Source of the DNA: a virus
Lineage: Duplodnaviria; Caudoviricetes
Length of the DNA stretch: 46,895 nt
Reading direction: 5' to 3' (one strand)
IMG/VR virus record: IMGVR_UViG_3300048599_000916
Location: 1-46,895 of that record
Shown here: positions 8,982-17,430 of the stretch, piece after piece
Position numbering within the stretch: the stretch's first letter is position 1
Layout: each line of letters starts with the position of its first letter
Made by a program: the position numbers and the translations under genes
Notes under the pieces: generated by a model
What the model was told of the DNA's origin: nothing
The model's database searches: none
What the model saw: the letters and a program-made list of their open reading frames with translations, nothing else

Positions 8982-9737
8982 ATGAAAATTTTAAATATTT
9001 CAATGTTAGCCATCTTTGTCTTATCGACAATTATGCTGGCCGCGCTGTTAGGATGTTCAACTGTACAGAACAAACTTACTCCGGCTGATGTACCGCAACC
9101 GGCTGTAAAATATGCTTATCCAAAAGCAAAGGCCGATGCTAATGGTTTTGTAAAAGTTCCATACCGCAAAGGTTGGTTCTGGAATAGCAAAGCTGATTTG
9201 GTTGATGCTATGTTTAATGCAGACCTTGAACATATCAAAAAACAGGCAGATTTAGAATATCAAATTACTTTGGACAAATCAGTTTATAGCAAAATCACAC
9301 AGCAGGCAATAATTGCGAAGCAACAAGCCGATGCAGATCAACAATCTGTCTTTGGGCAAAATGGTCTGCTTGCAATGGCCCTGGGCTTATTAAGCGGCAG
9401 TTCGTTAGCTGGTATGTTTGTCAATTGGTATAAGAGCCGAACGATGTACACAGATGACGAAATAGAGATTGCCAAGAATCAAATCGAAAAAGATTCACTA
9501 AAAGTCAATTACAGTGAAGCTGAATATCAACTTGGTATTACTAACGCAAAGAACGAAGCCCTTAATACATTAAAATTGTCAATGTACACGGAGGACGAAG
9601 TTAAAGATTTCAAAGACCAGATTGCGGCTCTGCTGGCGGATAAAACAAAACTGCTGGCACAGGTACAGGAATATGCAAAGCAGCTTGGTTTATTGAAGGT
9701 AGATACACAAACACCGGAAAAAACACTTAACAGTTGA
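8982..9737 (+). CDS. Predicted lipoprotein with an internal hydrophobic helix and coiled coil
   Basis: Lipobox LLGC; GLLAMALGLLSGSSLAGMFV segment. Confidence 0.65.
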   Translation: MKILNISMLAIFVLSTIMLAALLGCSTVQNKLTPADVPQPAVKYAYPKAKADANGFVKVPYRKGWFWNSKADLVDAMFNADLEHIKKQADLEYQITLDKSVYSKITQQAIIAKQQADADQQSVFGQNGLLAMALGLLSGSSLAGMFVNWYKSRTMYTDDEIEIAKNQIEKDSLKVNYSEAEYQLGITNAKNEALNTLKLSMYTEDEVKDFKDQIAALLADKTKLLAQVQEYAKQLGLLKVDTQTPEKTLNS

Positions 9738-9814
9738 TGTTAGTGGTTCATGCAGCCTGCCGTGCTTTGCTACCAGTGCGGCAGGCATTTTAAAGACAAG
9801 GAGGTCTATACAAT

Positions 9815-10105
9815 ATGAAAAAATACTATCAATGCAATTGCTGCTATGACCTTGTTATATCTGACGATGATATGCACAACTTACATTGCAAAAAATGCGT
9901 TCACGGACATTATAAATTATTCAATTCCAAAACTACACCTGCAATGCTGGCAGCAGCAAAACAAAGAGATATTGATTACAGTAAACAATTTCACAGAAGC
10001 GGGGCGTGTATTGATAACGGCACAGAACCGCGAACGTCTTTACCCTCATACAATTCAAGGCTTTCTATTGGGTTCAGGATGTTGGACGGCACATTAAATG
10101 ATTGA
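9815..10105 (+). CDS. Zinc-ribbon hypothetical protein
   Basis: CNCC..CKKC; GGAGG RBS. Confidence 0.6.
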   Translation: MKKYYQCNCCYDLVISDDDMHNLHCKKCVHGHYKLFNSKTTPAMLAAAKQRDIDYSKQFHRSGACIDNGTEPRTSLPSYNSRLSIGFRMLDGTLND

Positions 10106-10491
10106 ATCAACACACACATTTTATACTGGCAGCAACGACACGGCATCAGTCGATTTCGTCTTTACTTATACGTGTTCAGCCGATGACGCAGGGCAAGGCG
10201 AAACTATGGCTGACATGGAAAAGGAATTATGCTCGAAGTGTTCAAAGTATCTGCATGGCCTGCGTGTGGTGTCTGGCTGGATATGGCATCCAGTTTTTGA
10301 AATGTATGTATTTGTCATCTTTTATCTATTTAGCAATAAAGATTGGATCATGATTATAAGCCATAACGACACAAAGCCTTTAGGTTTTTGGAGCGGGTTC
10401 GTATAGCGTCATCAATAAAGTTATGTGTTAAATACTCCAAGCCTGCCTCGTTGTTTGAGCGGGGCAGGTTTCTTAAACAGAAAGGGCAAAA

Positions 10492-10782
10492 ATGAATCAG
10501 ATAAAAGAAAAACTTAACGAGTTTAGAATAAAAATCAAAGCGGGTATGACAAAAGGGGAAGCCATTGATTATTCTGACGATATAGAATCCCTTCTTGAAA
10601 CCTATGAAAAGAAGGTGCAAGCGTTGAGAGATGAACACAAGCGATTAAATATTTCATTTGGGCTAAGTGATGACAGGGTTCAATCTTTGGAGGCTTGCTT
10701 AGAAGCGATAAAAAAACAAGCTGCCGCTGGAAGTCAGATTGAAATACTTTGCGTTGCCGGTCTTGATAATGGAGGCAATTAA
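10492..10782 (+). CDS. Coiled-coil hypothetical protein
   Basis: GAAAGG RBS; helical composition. Confidence 0.6.
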   Translation: MNQIKEKLNEFRIKIKAGMTKGEAIDYSDDIESLLETYEKKVQALRDEHKRLNISFGLSDDRVQSLEACLEAIKKQAAAGSQIEILCVAGLDNGGN

Positions 10783-10784
10783 TT

Positions 10785-11003
10785 ATGGGAAAACTAAATA
10801 AATTATTCGATGACCCAGAGAAGTTCTGGTCATTCTTAGGGGCGATTGTTTACATCGGTTTGGTTATCGGGGCCGTGTTCGGCAGCGTGCCGATGGCAAT
10901 ATTGGTAGCGGGCCTTACAATCTCAAGAGAAATCAGCGACACAAGAAAAAGCATCGGGAGGTATATGTCATGGCAGGAAATAAAAAAAGCATCAAACGAA
11001 TAA
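10785..11003 (+). CDS. Small membrane protein
   Basis: GGAGG RBS; long hydrophobic segment. Confidence 0.6.
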   Translation: MGKLNKLFDDPEKFWSFLGAIVYIGLVIGAVFGSVPMAILVAGLTISREISDTRKSIGRYMSWQEIKKASNE

Positions 11004-11228
11004 GCATTACAGACTTTGACACAGTAGAGAAAATACAAGCCGAAATGTTATGGCTTGCCGTTAGGCCGGACGTGCGTGAGTTTCAGGCATTGAATTATAA
11101 ATTGCAGACGTTCCCCGGTTATCAGGTCTATCAATGTACGCCCCAGCTTCGTAAAGAGTTTAATAGCAGGGTTTGTCTCGAAATGGATTTAAACAATACT
11201 GTTGAGGATTGAAAGGTCAGGTGCAGCT

Positions 11229-11504
11229 ATGTCGATTATATATGCTTGTGATAATTGTGATAATAAACACGTTGCAGTAAATGGGGCATCTCCTAAGCAT
11301 TGGTTTATACGTGATATAACCGTGAAAGAACCGTTAAACAACGTAAGGCGTTTAATTGCTTGCTCTGATAAGTGCCGTGATGCCTTGTCAGGCAAATACA
11401 AAATAGACAGTAAGGTTGTTAATCAGCAAGCGGCATTGGTTAATATGCTAAAGCCCTTGATTGATAAGGGAAAAGATAACAAAAAAGAGAATGGTCAACA
11501 ATGA
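11229..11504 (+). CDS. Zinc-finger hypothetical protein
   Basis: CDNC..ACSDKC. Confidence 0.55.
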   Translation: MSIIYACDNCDNKHVAVNGASPKHWFIRDITVKEPLNNVRRLIACSDKCRDALSGKYKIDSKVVNQQAALVNMLKPLIDKGKDNKKENGQQ

Positions 11505-11753
11505 GTCTAATCCGCCCTACATTGCGTGCTTGCTTGTTAGGTATCATAGACACCCTCTTGCGTTCTACTCTTTGCTACGTAAGGCTAAAGAAGTTTAGCA
11601 GGGATTTAAAAATATATATTACAACAACAATTACAAATATTTTCAAAAAGGTACTACCGAAGGCAAAAAAGTCCAATACCTCGTAGGGAACACTCAACCA
11701 TTTGTGTTTTCTTTCTTTTTCAGTTTTTTTTATAAATATTTAAGGAATTTTCT

Positions 11754-12359
11754 ATGAGCGATAATGCAGCTAAGTCAAACAACGAAAAGAAATTAAGGTT
11801 AGAATGGGTTGAAGCAGGGACGCTTTCACCTAATCCGAAAAATTGGCGCAGACATTCAGAGACACAGCAGCGGGCAATCAAGTCTGTTTTGAATGACCCA
11901 GAAATCGGCTGGGCCGGTGTGCTGCTTTATAACGAGCGAACAAAAAGATTGATTGATGGACACGCTCGACAGCAGGCCGTAAATCCAAAAGACCTTGTGC
12001 CGGTTCTGATTGGCAATTGGTCAGATGAAGCCGAAGCTAAAATCTTATTGACGCTTGACCCGCTTGGATCAATGGCCGATGGAAGTCGAAAACAGTTTGA
12101 GCAGTTACTTGATTCCGTCAGTGTTGAAGATGCAGACATTCAAAAACTGTTGGCAGATACGGCAGGTAGTTTGACGCCTGAAGATGTTGATTCGCAGGCA
12201 GCCGCCGAAGGTTTGGAAAAGAAAGAAGTTGAACTGAAGCCCTTTAAGTGTACGCATATTCTTTTGAGTTTCCCGCCTGACTTAATCGGTGAAGTCGAAA
12301 AGCATATCGCCCCTTTGCGTGCAATTCAGGAGGTACAATATGAAACCAGTTCAAACTGA
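11754..12359 (+). CDS. ParB/Srx N-terminal-like domain protein
   Basis: LSPNPKNWRRH..LIDGHAR motif. Confidence 0.85.
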   Translation: MSDNAAKSNNEKKLRLEWVEAGTLSPNPKNWRRHSETQQRAIKSVLNDPEIGWAGVLLYNERTKRLIDGHARQQAVNPKDLVPVLIGNWSDEAEAKILLTLDPLGSMADGSRKQFEQLLDSVSVEDADIQKLLADTAGSLTPEDVDSQAAAEGLEKKEVELKPFKCTHILLSFPPDLIGEVEKHIAPLRAIQEVQYETSSN

Positions 12360-12897
12360 CAATAGTTATTTATTTACAAAAATAAAACTGCGGCTGGACA
12401 ATCTGCCAGACAAGAAAAAAATTAGAGTCCTTGATTGCTATTGTGGAAATAGAAAAATCTGGAATTACATAAAACATATCAGGCCGAATATTGAATTTGA
12501 AGTTGTCGGCATTGATGTTAAAAAAGACCGCGATGGCATTTACCTTGTGGGTGACAACGTTAAGTTTATTAAGGCAATGGATTTGAGCCGCTTTGACATT
12601 ATCGACCTTGATGCTTATGGCGTTCCATTCCATCAGCTTGAAGCGATTTTCAAAAATCCTAAAGCAGCCGGAAAAACTGTCTTTGTCACTTTCATTCAAA
12701 CTCTTTACGGCTGTTTGCATCGGGGTCTGCTTGACGCGATAGGATTTAAAAAATCTATGGTTGAAAAAATACCGGCGATATTTAATAAAAACGGAATCGA
12801 AAAGCTCTGCACATATTTACAAATTCGCGGAGTTAAAAAAGTCCAGCTTTATTCCGATGCCAGCCGCAAAAAGAATTACTTGTCTTTTATAGTGTAA
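12340..12897 (+). CDS. SAM-dependent methyltransferase-like protein
   Basis: VLDCYCG (motif I), VVGID, FDIIDLDAYG (motif IV-like). Confidence 0.7.
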   Translation: MKPVQTDNSYLFTKIKLRLDNLPDKKKIRVLDCYCGNRKIWNYIKHIRPNIEFEVVGIDVKKDRDGIYLVGDNVKFIKAMDLSRFDIIDLDAYGVPFHQLEAIFKNPKAAGKTVFVTFIQTLYGCLHRGLLDAIGFKKSMVEKIPAIFNKNGIEKLCTYLQIRGVKKVQLYSDASRKKNYLSFIV

Positions 12898-12910
12898 ATA
12901 AAAAAATATT

Positions 12911-12965
12911 TTCTAACATTTGCTAAAAATTGCTTGACAAATCTATTTTATTGTATATATTGTGT
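12911..12965 (+). promoter_or_regulatory. Promoter with phased TGCTA-like boxes before the YopX gene
   Basis: TTCTAA 12911, TGCTAA 12921, TGCTTGACA 12931, TATATT -10. Confidence 0.6.
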
Positions 12966-13000
12966 ATATAGTGAGTATTGTTATAAAAGGAAGGATAAAA

Positions 13001-13432
13001 ATGGAAAAAATAAAATTTAGAGTTTGGGATAAAACTTTACAATGTATGGGATATCAATTTGAAAAGCATATCATTGCAGAGGATGGCACGGAATTTATAG
13101 TTATTGCATTTTCCTTTGGTTCAAGAATGGTAACTCTTGGGGAAGTATTAAGCAATAAAAGATACGTTCTTATGCAATACATCGGTTTAGAGGATAAGAA
13201 CGGCAAAGAAATCTATGCTGGGGATATAGTAATTTATGATGATTTTACCGATGTTTACAAACGCAAGAGACGTGGCGAAATAGTTTGGCATGGTCTGGAA
13301 TGGTGCATACTGGAATGGTGCATATATGAATCTGCTAATGAGTATAGCAAATATTCGCCTTTAAACTTCAATGAAGATTTATTTTTTACCGGCAAAAAAA
13401 CAGAAATTGCTGGATGTATTTACGATATTTAA
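13001..13432 (+). CDS. YopX family protein
   Basis: IKFRVWDK..LMQYIGLEDKNGKEIYAGDIV..EIAGCIYD. Confidence 0.88.
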   Translation: MEKIKFRVWDKTLQCMGYQFEKHIIAEDGTEFIVIAFSFGSRMVTLGEVLSNKRYVLMQYIGLEDKNGKEIYAGDIVIYDDFTDVYKRKRRGEIVWHGLEWCILEWCIYESANEYSKYSPLNFNEDLFFTGKKTEIAGCIYDI

Positions 13433-13450
13433 TTTTAAGGAGATTCAAAA

Positions 13451-14233
13451 ATGTCAGGGATTTATGAACCAAAAGGCAGGGCTTTAGAATATTCTTTACT
13501 GGCGGTCAATTATTACAATGGCTGTCTGCACGGATGCAAATATTGCTATGCCCGGGATATGGCGCGGAGTTTTGGTAAAACGTTTGACACAGGCCAAACC
13601 GTTATGATTAACAACTTACGCGAAATCGAAAAGGACGCAGTCACTTTTGCAGGAACTAACAAACGAGTTCTTTGCTGTTTTCTTACAGACCCATATCAGC
13701 CGCTCAACGATAAAGAACAAATCACACGGCGTGTGCTTTCAGCGTTCAAGAAAAACAATATTCCTTTTCAGATTCTGACCAAAGGCGGCACCAGAGCGGT
13801 GAACGATTTTGATTTGTATGGAATGTATGACGCATTTGCATCAACTCTTACGTTTATTGATTCTGAAAAATCAAAAGAGTATGAGCCAAACGCAGCATTG
13901 CCAGCAGACAGATTCGAAGCTATTCGAATTGCAAAAAGCAAAGGCATTGAAACGTGGGCAAGTCTTGAGCCGGTGATTGAAGCAGATCAGAGTTTAGAAA
14001 TTATAAAACAAACTCACGAAATAGTTGACCTTTATAAAATCGGAACTCTTAACCATAGAAAAAGCACAATTAATTGGCGTGAATTTGGCATAAAGGCAAT
14101 TGAATTGTGTGAAAAATACAATAAAAAATATTACATAAAGCACGATTTGGCTTTAAAACTCGAAGGAATAAGCTATAAAAGCACAGATACAAGAACGATT
14201 TGCAGGCAGTTCAAAGAGAAAGCATCTGCATAA
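13451..14233 (+). CDS. Radical SAM protein (SPL-like)
   Basis: CLHGCKYCYA (CxxxCxxC), TDPYQP, ILTKG, WASLEPV. Confidence 0.88.
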   Translation: MSGIYEPKGRALEYSLLAVNYYNGCLHGCKYCYARDMARSFGKTFDTGQTVMINNLREIEKDAVTFAGTNKRVLCCFLTDPYQPLNDKEQITRRVLSAFKKNNIPFQILTKGGTRAVNDFDLYGMYDAFASTLTFIDSEKSKEYEPNAALPADRFEAIRIAKSKGIETWASLEPVIEADQSLEIIKQTHEIVDLYKIGTLNHRKSTINWREFGIKAIELCEKYNKKYYIKHDLALKLEGISYKSTDTRTICRQFKEKASA

Positions 14234-14310
14234 TTGGTTTAAAAAATCCTCAAAAAAATAAAAATTTTTTCCTGAAAAATGTTCGTTTTTGGCATTAAAA
14301 CGCCCGAAAA

Positions 14311-14385
14311 GCTACAAGATGCTAAACTTTTATAAAAAAAGCTAAAAATAGTGTTGACCTTAGAGGATATAGCAGATAACATATA
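14311..14385 (+). promoter_or_regulatory. TGCTA-box promoter of the AAA gene
   Basis: GCTA at 14311, 14321, 14341; TTGACC-N17-TAACAT. Confidence 0.7.
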
Positions 14386-14440
14386 TGCACAGATAAGGGA
14401 TTATTAAAAATTTATTTAGGAAAGCAGAAAGGTTACTCTT

Positions 14441-15559
14441 ATGGAAAACACAATGACAGCAACAGAAAACACAATGGAAGTGAACGGCGAAAGCAAATTT
14501 ATCAAAGTAAAATATAATTTCTGGAATAAATGCAGTGCTTGCGGCAGGTCTTTGACTAAAACTGATTCGGTTTGGTATCTTAAAGGCGCTGGCGTTAGAT
14601 GTGCTGAATGCGGTCAACATAAAGCCGGTGAAAAAAAATCAAATCAAAATCAATTATTCGCAATGATGGCGAATGCAATTCAGGAACATCTAAACTTAAA
14701 TCCTCAATTAGACGAAGTTGCAATTACTGAATTGATTGATAAAAGAGTTTCTGAAATATCACCGAGACCGATTGAAGTTACGATGGGCGGCAAGGTAACG
14801 GCTGTGCTTTCGGAAAGAGTTCATAAATGCTTTGACGAAATTATCAATTGCATCAATGAAGGCAACAGCAATGTGATGATTGTTGGCCCTGCTGGAAGCG
14901 GTAAAACTACAATTGGTAAACAAATTGCTAAAGCTCTCAATTTGGAATTTGGTTTTATCTCTTTGAGTGCTGGCGTAACGGAAGCCCATTTATTCGGCAG
15001 GATTTTACCGCAGGCCGATGGAAGCTGGCAATATGTAGAATCTAACTTTGTTCATGTTTACGAAAAGGGCGGAGTTTTCCTGCTTGATGAAGTTGATGCG
15101 GCAGATGCAAACGTTATGGTTGCCGTAAATGCGGCCCTTGCAAACGGTCTGTTTTCTAATCCGGTAAATGGCAAAGTTCATCATAGACACAAAGATTGCA
15201 TCATCTTGGCGGCAGCAAATACATTTGGCAGGGGCGGCGATATGATGTACGTAGGCCGTAATCAGCTTGACACTGCAACGCTTGACAGGTTCGTTTTAAA
15301 TACAGTCCAGATGGATTATGACAAGCATTTGGAACGTGCTTTAGCTCTTAGCCTTTTGCCAGAGGAAAAAGCAAACGAATTACTTGGCTGGATTGAAAAT
15401 CTTAGAGAAAAAATCACTGCTAATAAACTTCGCAGGGTTGCATCAACAAGGCTTGTAGTAAACGGGGCAAAGGCAATTGCAAATAATAAAAACCTGAAAG
15501 ATGTAAAAGCCAGATATTTTGTTGATTGGTCGATTGACGAAATCAAAAGAGTAGCTTAA
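14441..15559 (+). CDS. MoxR/CbbQ/CobS-like AAA+ ATPase with N-terminal zinc finger
   Basis: Walker A GPAGSGKT, Walker B FLLDEVD, AANTFG, LDRF; CSAC..CAEC. Confidence 0.9.
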   Translation: MENTMTATENTMEVNGESKFIKVKYNFWNKCSACGRSLTKTDSVWYLKGAGVRCAECGQHKAGEKKSNQNQLFAMMANAIQEHLNLNPQLDEVAITELIDKRVSEISPRPIEVTMGGKVTAVLSERVHKCFDEIINCINEGNSNVMIVGPAGSGKTTIGKQIAKALNLEFGFISLSAGVTEAHLFGRILPQADGSWQYVESNFVHVYEKGGVFLLDEVDAADANVMVAVNAALANGLFSNPVNGKVHHRHKDCIILAAANTFGRGGDMMYVGRNQLDTATLDRFVLNTVQMDYDKHLERALALSLLPEEKANELLGWIENLREKITANKLRRVASTRLVVNGAKAIANNKNLKDVKARYFVDWSIDEIKRVA

Positions 15560-15572
15560 TAATTAAATGAAT

Positions 15573-15606
15573 GCAGGGCGGCGAAATTAAAAAGCCGCCT
15601 TGCTTT
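15573..15606 (+). terminator. Intrinsic terminator after the AAA gene
   Basis: GCAGGGCGGC / GCCGCCTTGC plus a short TTT. Confidence 0.65.
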
Positions 15607-15626
15607 AAAAACTGGATCAACAGCAA

Positions 15627-15654
15627 TTGTAAATGTTTTATAAAATGCTATAAT
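15627..15654 (+). promoter_or_regulatory. Promoter of the candidate sRNA
   Basis: TTGTAA-N16-TATAAT with extended -10 TGcTATAAT. Confidence 0.7.
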
Positions 15655-15660
15655 CAAAAG

Positions 15661-15722
15661 TTCATAAGAGTCAAGGCAGGGAACGGCGGGCGCGTAAGCT
15701 CGTAGACCTGCCTTGCACCTTT
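15661..15722 (+). ncRNA. Candidate trans-acting antisense sRNA with a split seed
   Basis: TTCATAAGAGT-[CAAGGCAGG..CCTGCCTTG]-CACCTTT; the joined arms complement AAAGGTGACTCTTATG. Confidence 0.7.
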
Positions 15723-15878
15723 AAATAAATTCCTTCTTATTCGGCCATCCATTAAGCTAAAAATCAGCAGGCAATACGATTTAACCTAATTTCAACAAGT
15801 CTCTTTATAAGCCGGATAAAGCAGCCACAAGGCAAAAGCGTAAAAGCGATAAGATTATTCTTATAAATTTTCATAAAA

Positions 15879-15945
15879 TGCTAAAAAAAACTAAAAATTG
15901 CTAAAAAATGCTATTGACAAACAAAGTAATTGCCGATAACATTTA
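15879..15945 (+). promoter_or_regulatory. TGCTA-box promoter of the vWA-like gene
   Basis: CTA at 15881, 15891, 15901, 15911; TTGACA-N17-TAACAT. Confidence 0.75.
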
Positions 15946-15988
15946 TACAGAGTTAGCGATAATACTTTTAAAATGAAAGGTAGCTCTT

Positions 15989-16852
15989 ATGGAAAATAGA
16001 AAAGCAGTACAAGGCAGCGATAGGGTTTTCAGGTATCAATTTGATTCAATTTCTGATGCGGTCGAAAGCGCTTTGAGCAATTTCGGAGCAACAGAGGAAA
16101 ACGCAATACGGGTAACAAATGAAATAGATTCGAGTTTAACGGGCAGGTGCAGTTGGGCAAACTATTATAGCAAAGAATCATTTATGAACTGCCTCAAAGA
16201 AAGCCCGAAAAGATTAGTTGATGCGGTTGAAGAAATGAAAAACGAAATTCTTTCCGATGTAGCTGATTTTGTTGGGTACCAGCCGCGCCGGAAAGTCAAA
16301 AGGGGGCAAGAATTTGGTGATGAGATTTGCAGCGACAGATTTTTAAGCAGGATTCCTAACGTATGGGAGCGAAGCGTTAAAGTAATGATGCCCAAGAAAA
16401 CAGTTAGAATCGGTGCAAATCTTTCAGTAAATTGTAATGTTGGAGCAGAACAATTAATTTACAGAGGCGCGGCGGCTTTAGCTCTTGCAGATATTTTAAA
16501 TTCAAAAGGTTTCAATGTAGAAATAGCATCATATTTTACAATACGGCATTTGACAAATAAAGCTGAATGGTTTACCAGCAAAATCGTTTTGAAAAATAGC
16601 TCGATGCCTTTGAATGTCGGCAGTCTTGCTTTTGTAATGTGCGATATTGCTTTCCCTCGAATCGTCATGGCTCTTGGAAGCGCAAGATTGCTTGATGGTA
16701 CCATTGATGGTGGTTTCGGATATGCAGCAGGATTAACTACAGCAGATAGAAATGAATGCGATTACATAATTGATGCAAATGTACTCTCTAAAGAAGCTGC
16801 AATTAATTGGATTAAAACGTCAGTGAACAAAAAAGAAAGTGAGGCAGCCTAA
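15989..16852 (+). CDS. vWA-like (CobT-like) partner of the AAA ATPase
   Basis: GDEICSDRFL; VRIGANLSVNC (degenerate MIDAS); RGAAALALADIL..GFNVEI; adjacent to a MoxR-type AAA. Confidence 0.7.
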   Translation: MENRKAVQGSDRVFRYQFDSISDAVESALSNFGATEENAIRVTNEIDSSLTGRCSWANYYSKESFMNCLKESPKRLVDAVEEMKNEILSDVADFVGYQPRRKVKRGQEFGDEICSDRFLSRIPNVWERSVKVMMPKKTVRIGANLSVNCNVGAEQLIYRGAAALALADILNSKGFNVEIASYFTIRHLTNKAEWFTSKIVLKNSSMPLNVGSLAFVMCDIAFPRIVMALGSARLLDGTIDGGFGYAAGLTTADRNECDYIIDANVLSKEAAINWIKTSVNKKESEAA

Positions 16853-17016
16853 TGAGTCGAACATTTCACAAAATCAAAGCTGAAAAAAAAGGCAATAAGG
16901 AATATTGGAAATCAAGGCTGCATTCTGGGGGAGAAATCCCCGGGCGATATACAAAAAAGCGAACGCACAAAAAAGAACGTAAGGAAGGCAAATTAAATCT
17001 CAAAGATTTATTATAA
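16852..17016 (+). CDS. 54-aa highly basic protein (absent from the ORF track)
   Basis: TAATG coupling, GAGG RBS; MSRTFHKIK..EYWKSR..THKKER. Confidence 0.6.
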   Translation: MSRTFHKIKAEKKGNKEYWKSRLHSGGEIPGRYTKKRTHKKERKEGKLNLKDLL

Positions 17017-17031
17017 CGAAAGGAATTGAAA

Positions 17032-17430
17032 ATGGGATTGATATGTAAGTACTTTTGCGATATTGCCGGAGAGCCTGAAGAAGAAGCTCGACAAATCAGG
17101 CAAAAACTCGAAGATAACGGTTTTAAAAAAATTAAAATAAAAGTCGAAAAAAAGCCGGATTGTATTGAGGAAAGAAATTATGATGTTTTGTTTTTCGATT
17201 GGGGTGGAATGTCAATAGGCAATTCTATGCTTGAGCATTTTTGTGGACGTATATTAACGCAGGCCGAAGAAAGACCAAACACTTACTTTGTCATGACTTC
17301 CTTGTTTACCGAGAGTGCTATGTTTGACGCTAAAGAGTCTTTTGGGAAAGAGCTTGCCAATTTATTTTTAAACATTGATGATTTTGTGGCATTTTTAAAA
17401 AAAATGAAGGTTAGACATGGCGGAGCCTAA
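17032..17430 (+). CDS. Receiver-like domain protein
   Basis: YDVLFFDWGG and FVMTS pattern; no kinase in the window. Confidence 0.45.
   Translation: MGLICKYFCDIAGEPEEEARQIRQKLEDNGFKKIKIKVEKKPDCIEERNYDVLFFDWGGMSIGNSMLEHFCGRILTQAEERPNTYFVMTSLFTESAMFDAKESFGKELANLFLNIDDFVAFLKKMKVRHGGA

Noticed and set aside
11501-11686. 61-aa ORF before the ParB gene
   Set aside because: No recognisable motif, and the region looks like a cis-acting DNA site; not called
11698-11716. CCATTTGTGTTTTCT complementary to the GAAAACACAATG repeats at the start of the AAA gene
   Set aside because: Only ~11 nt of low-complexity match, with no promoter or structure to support an RNA
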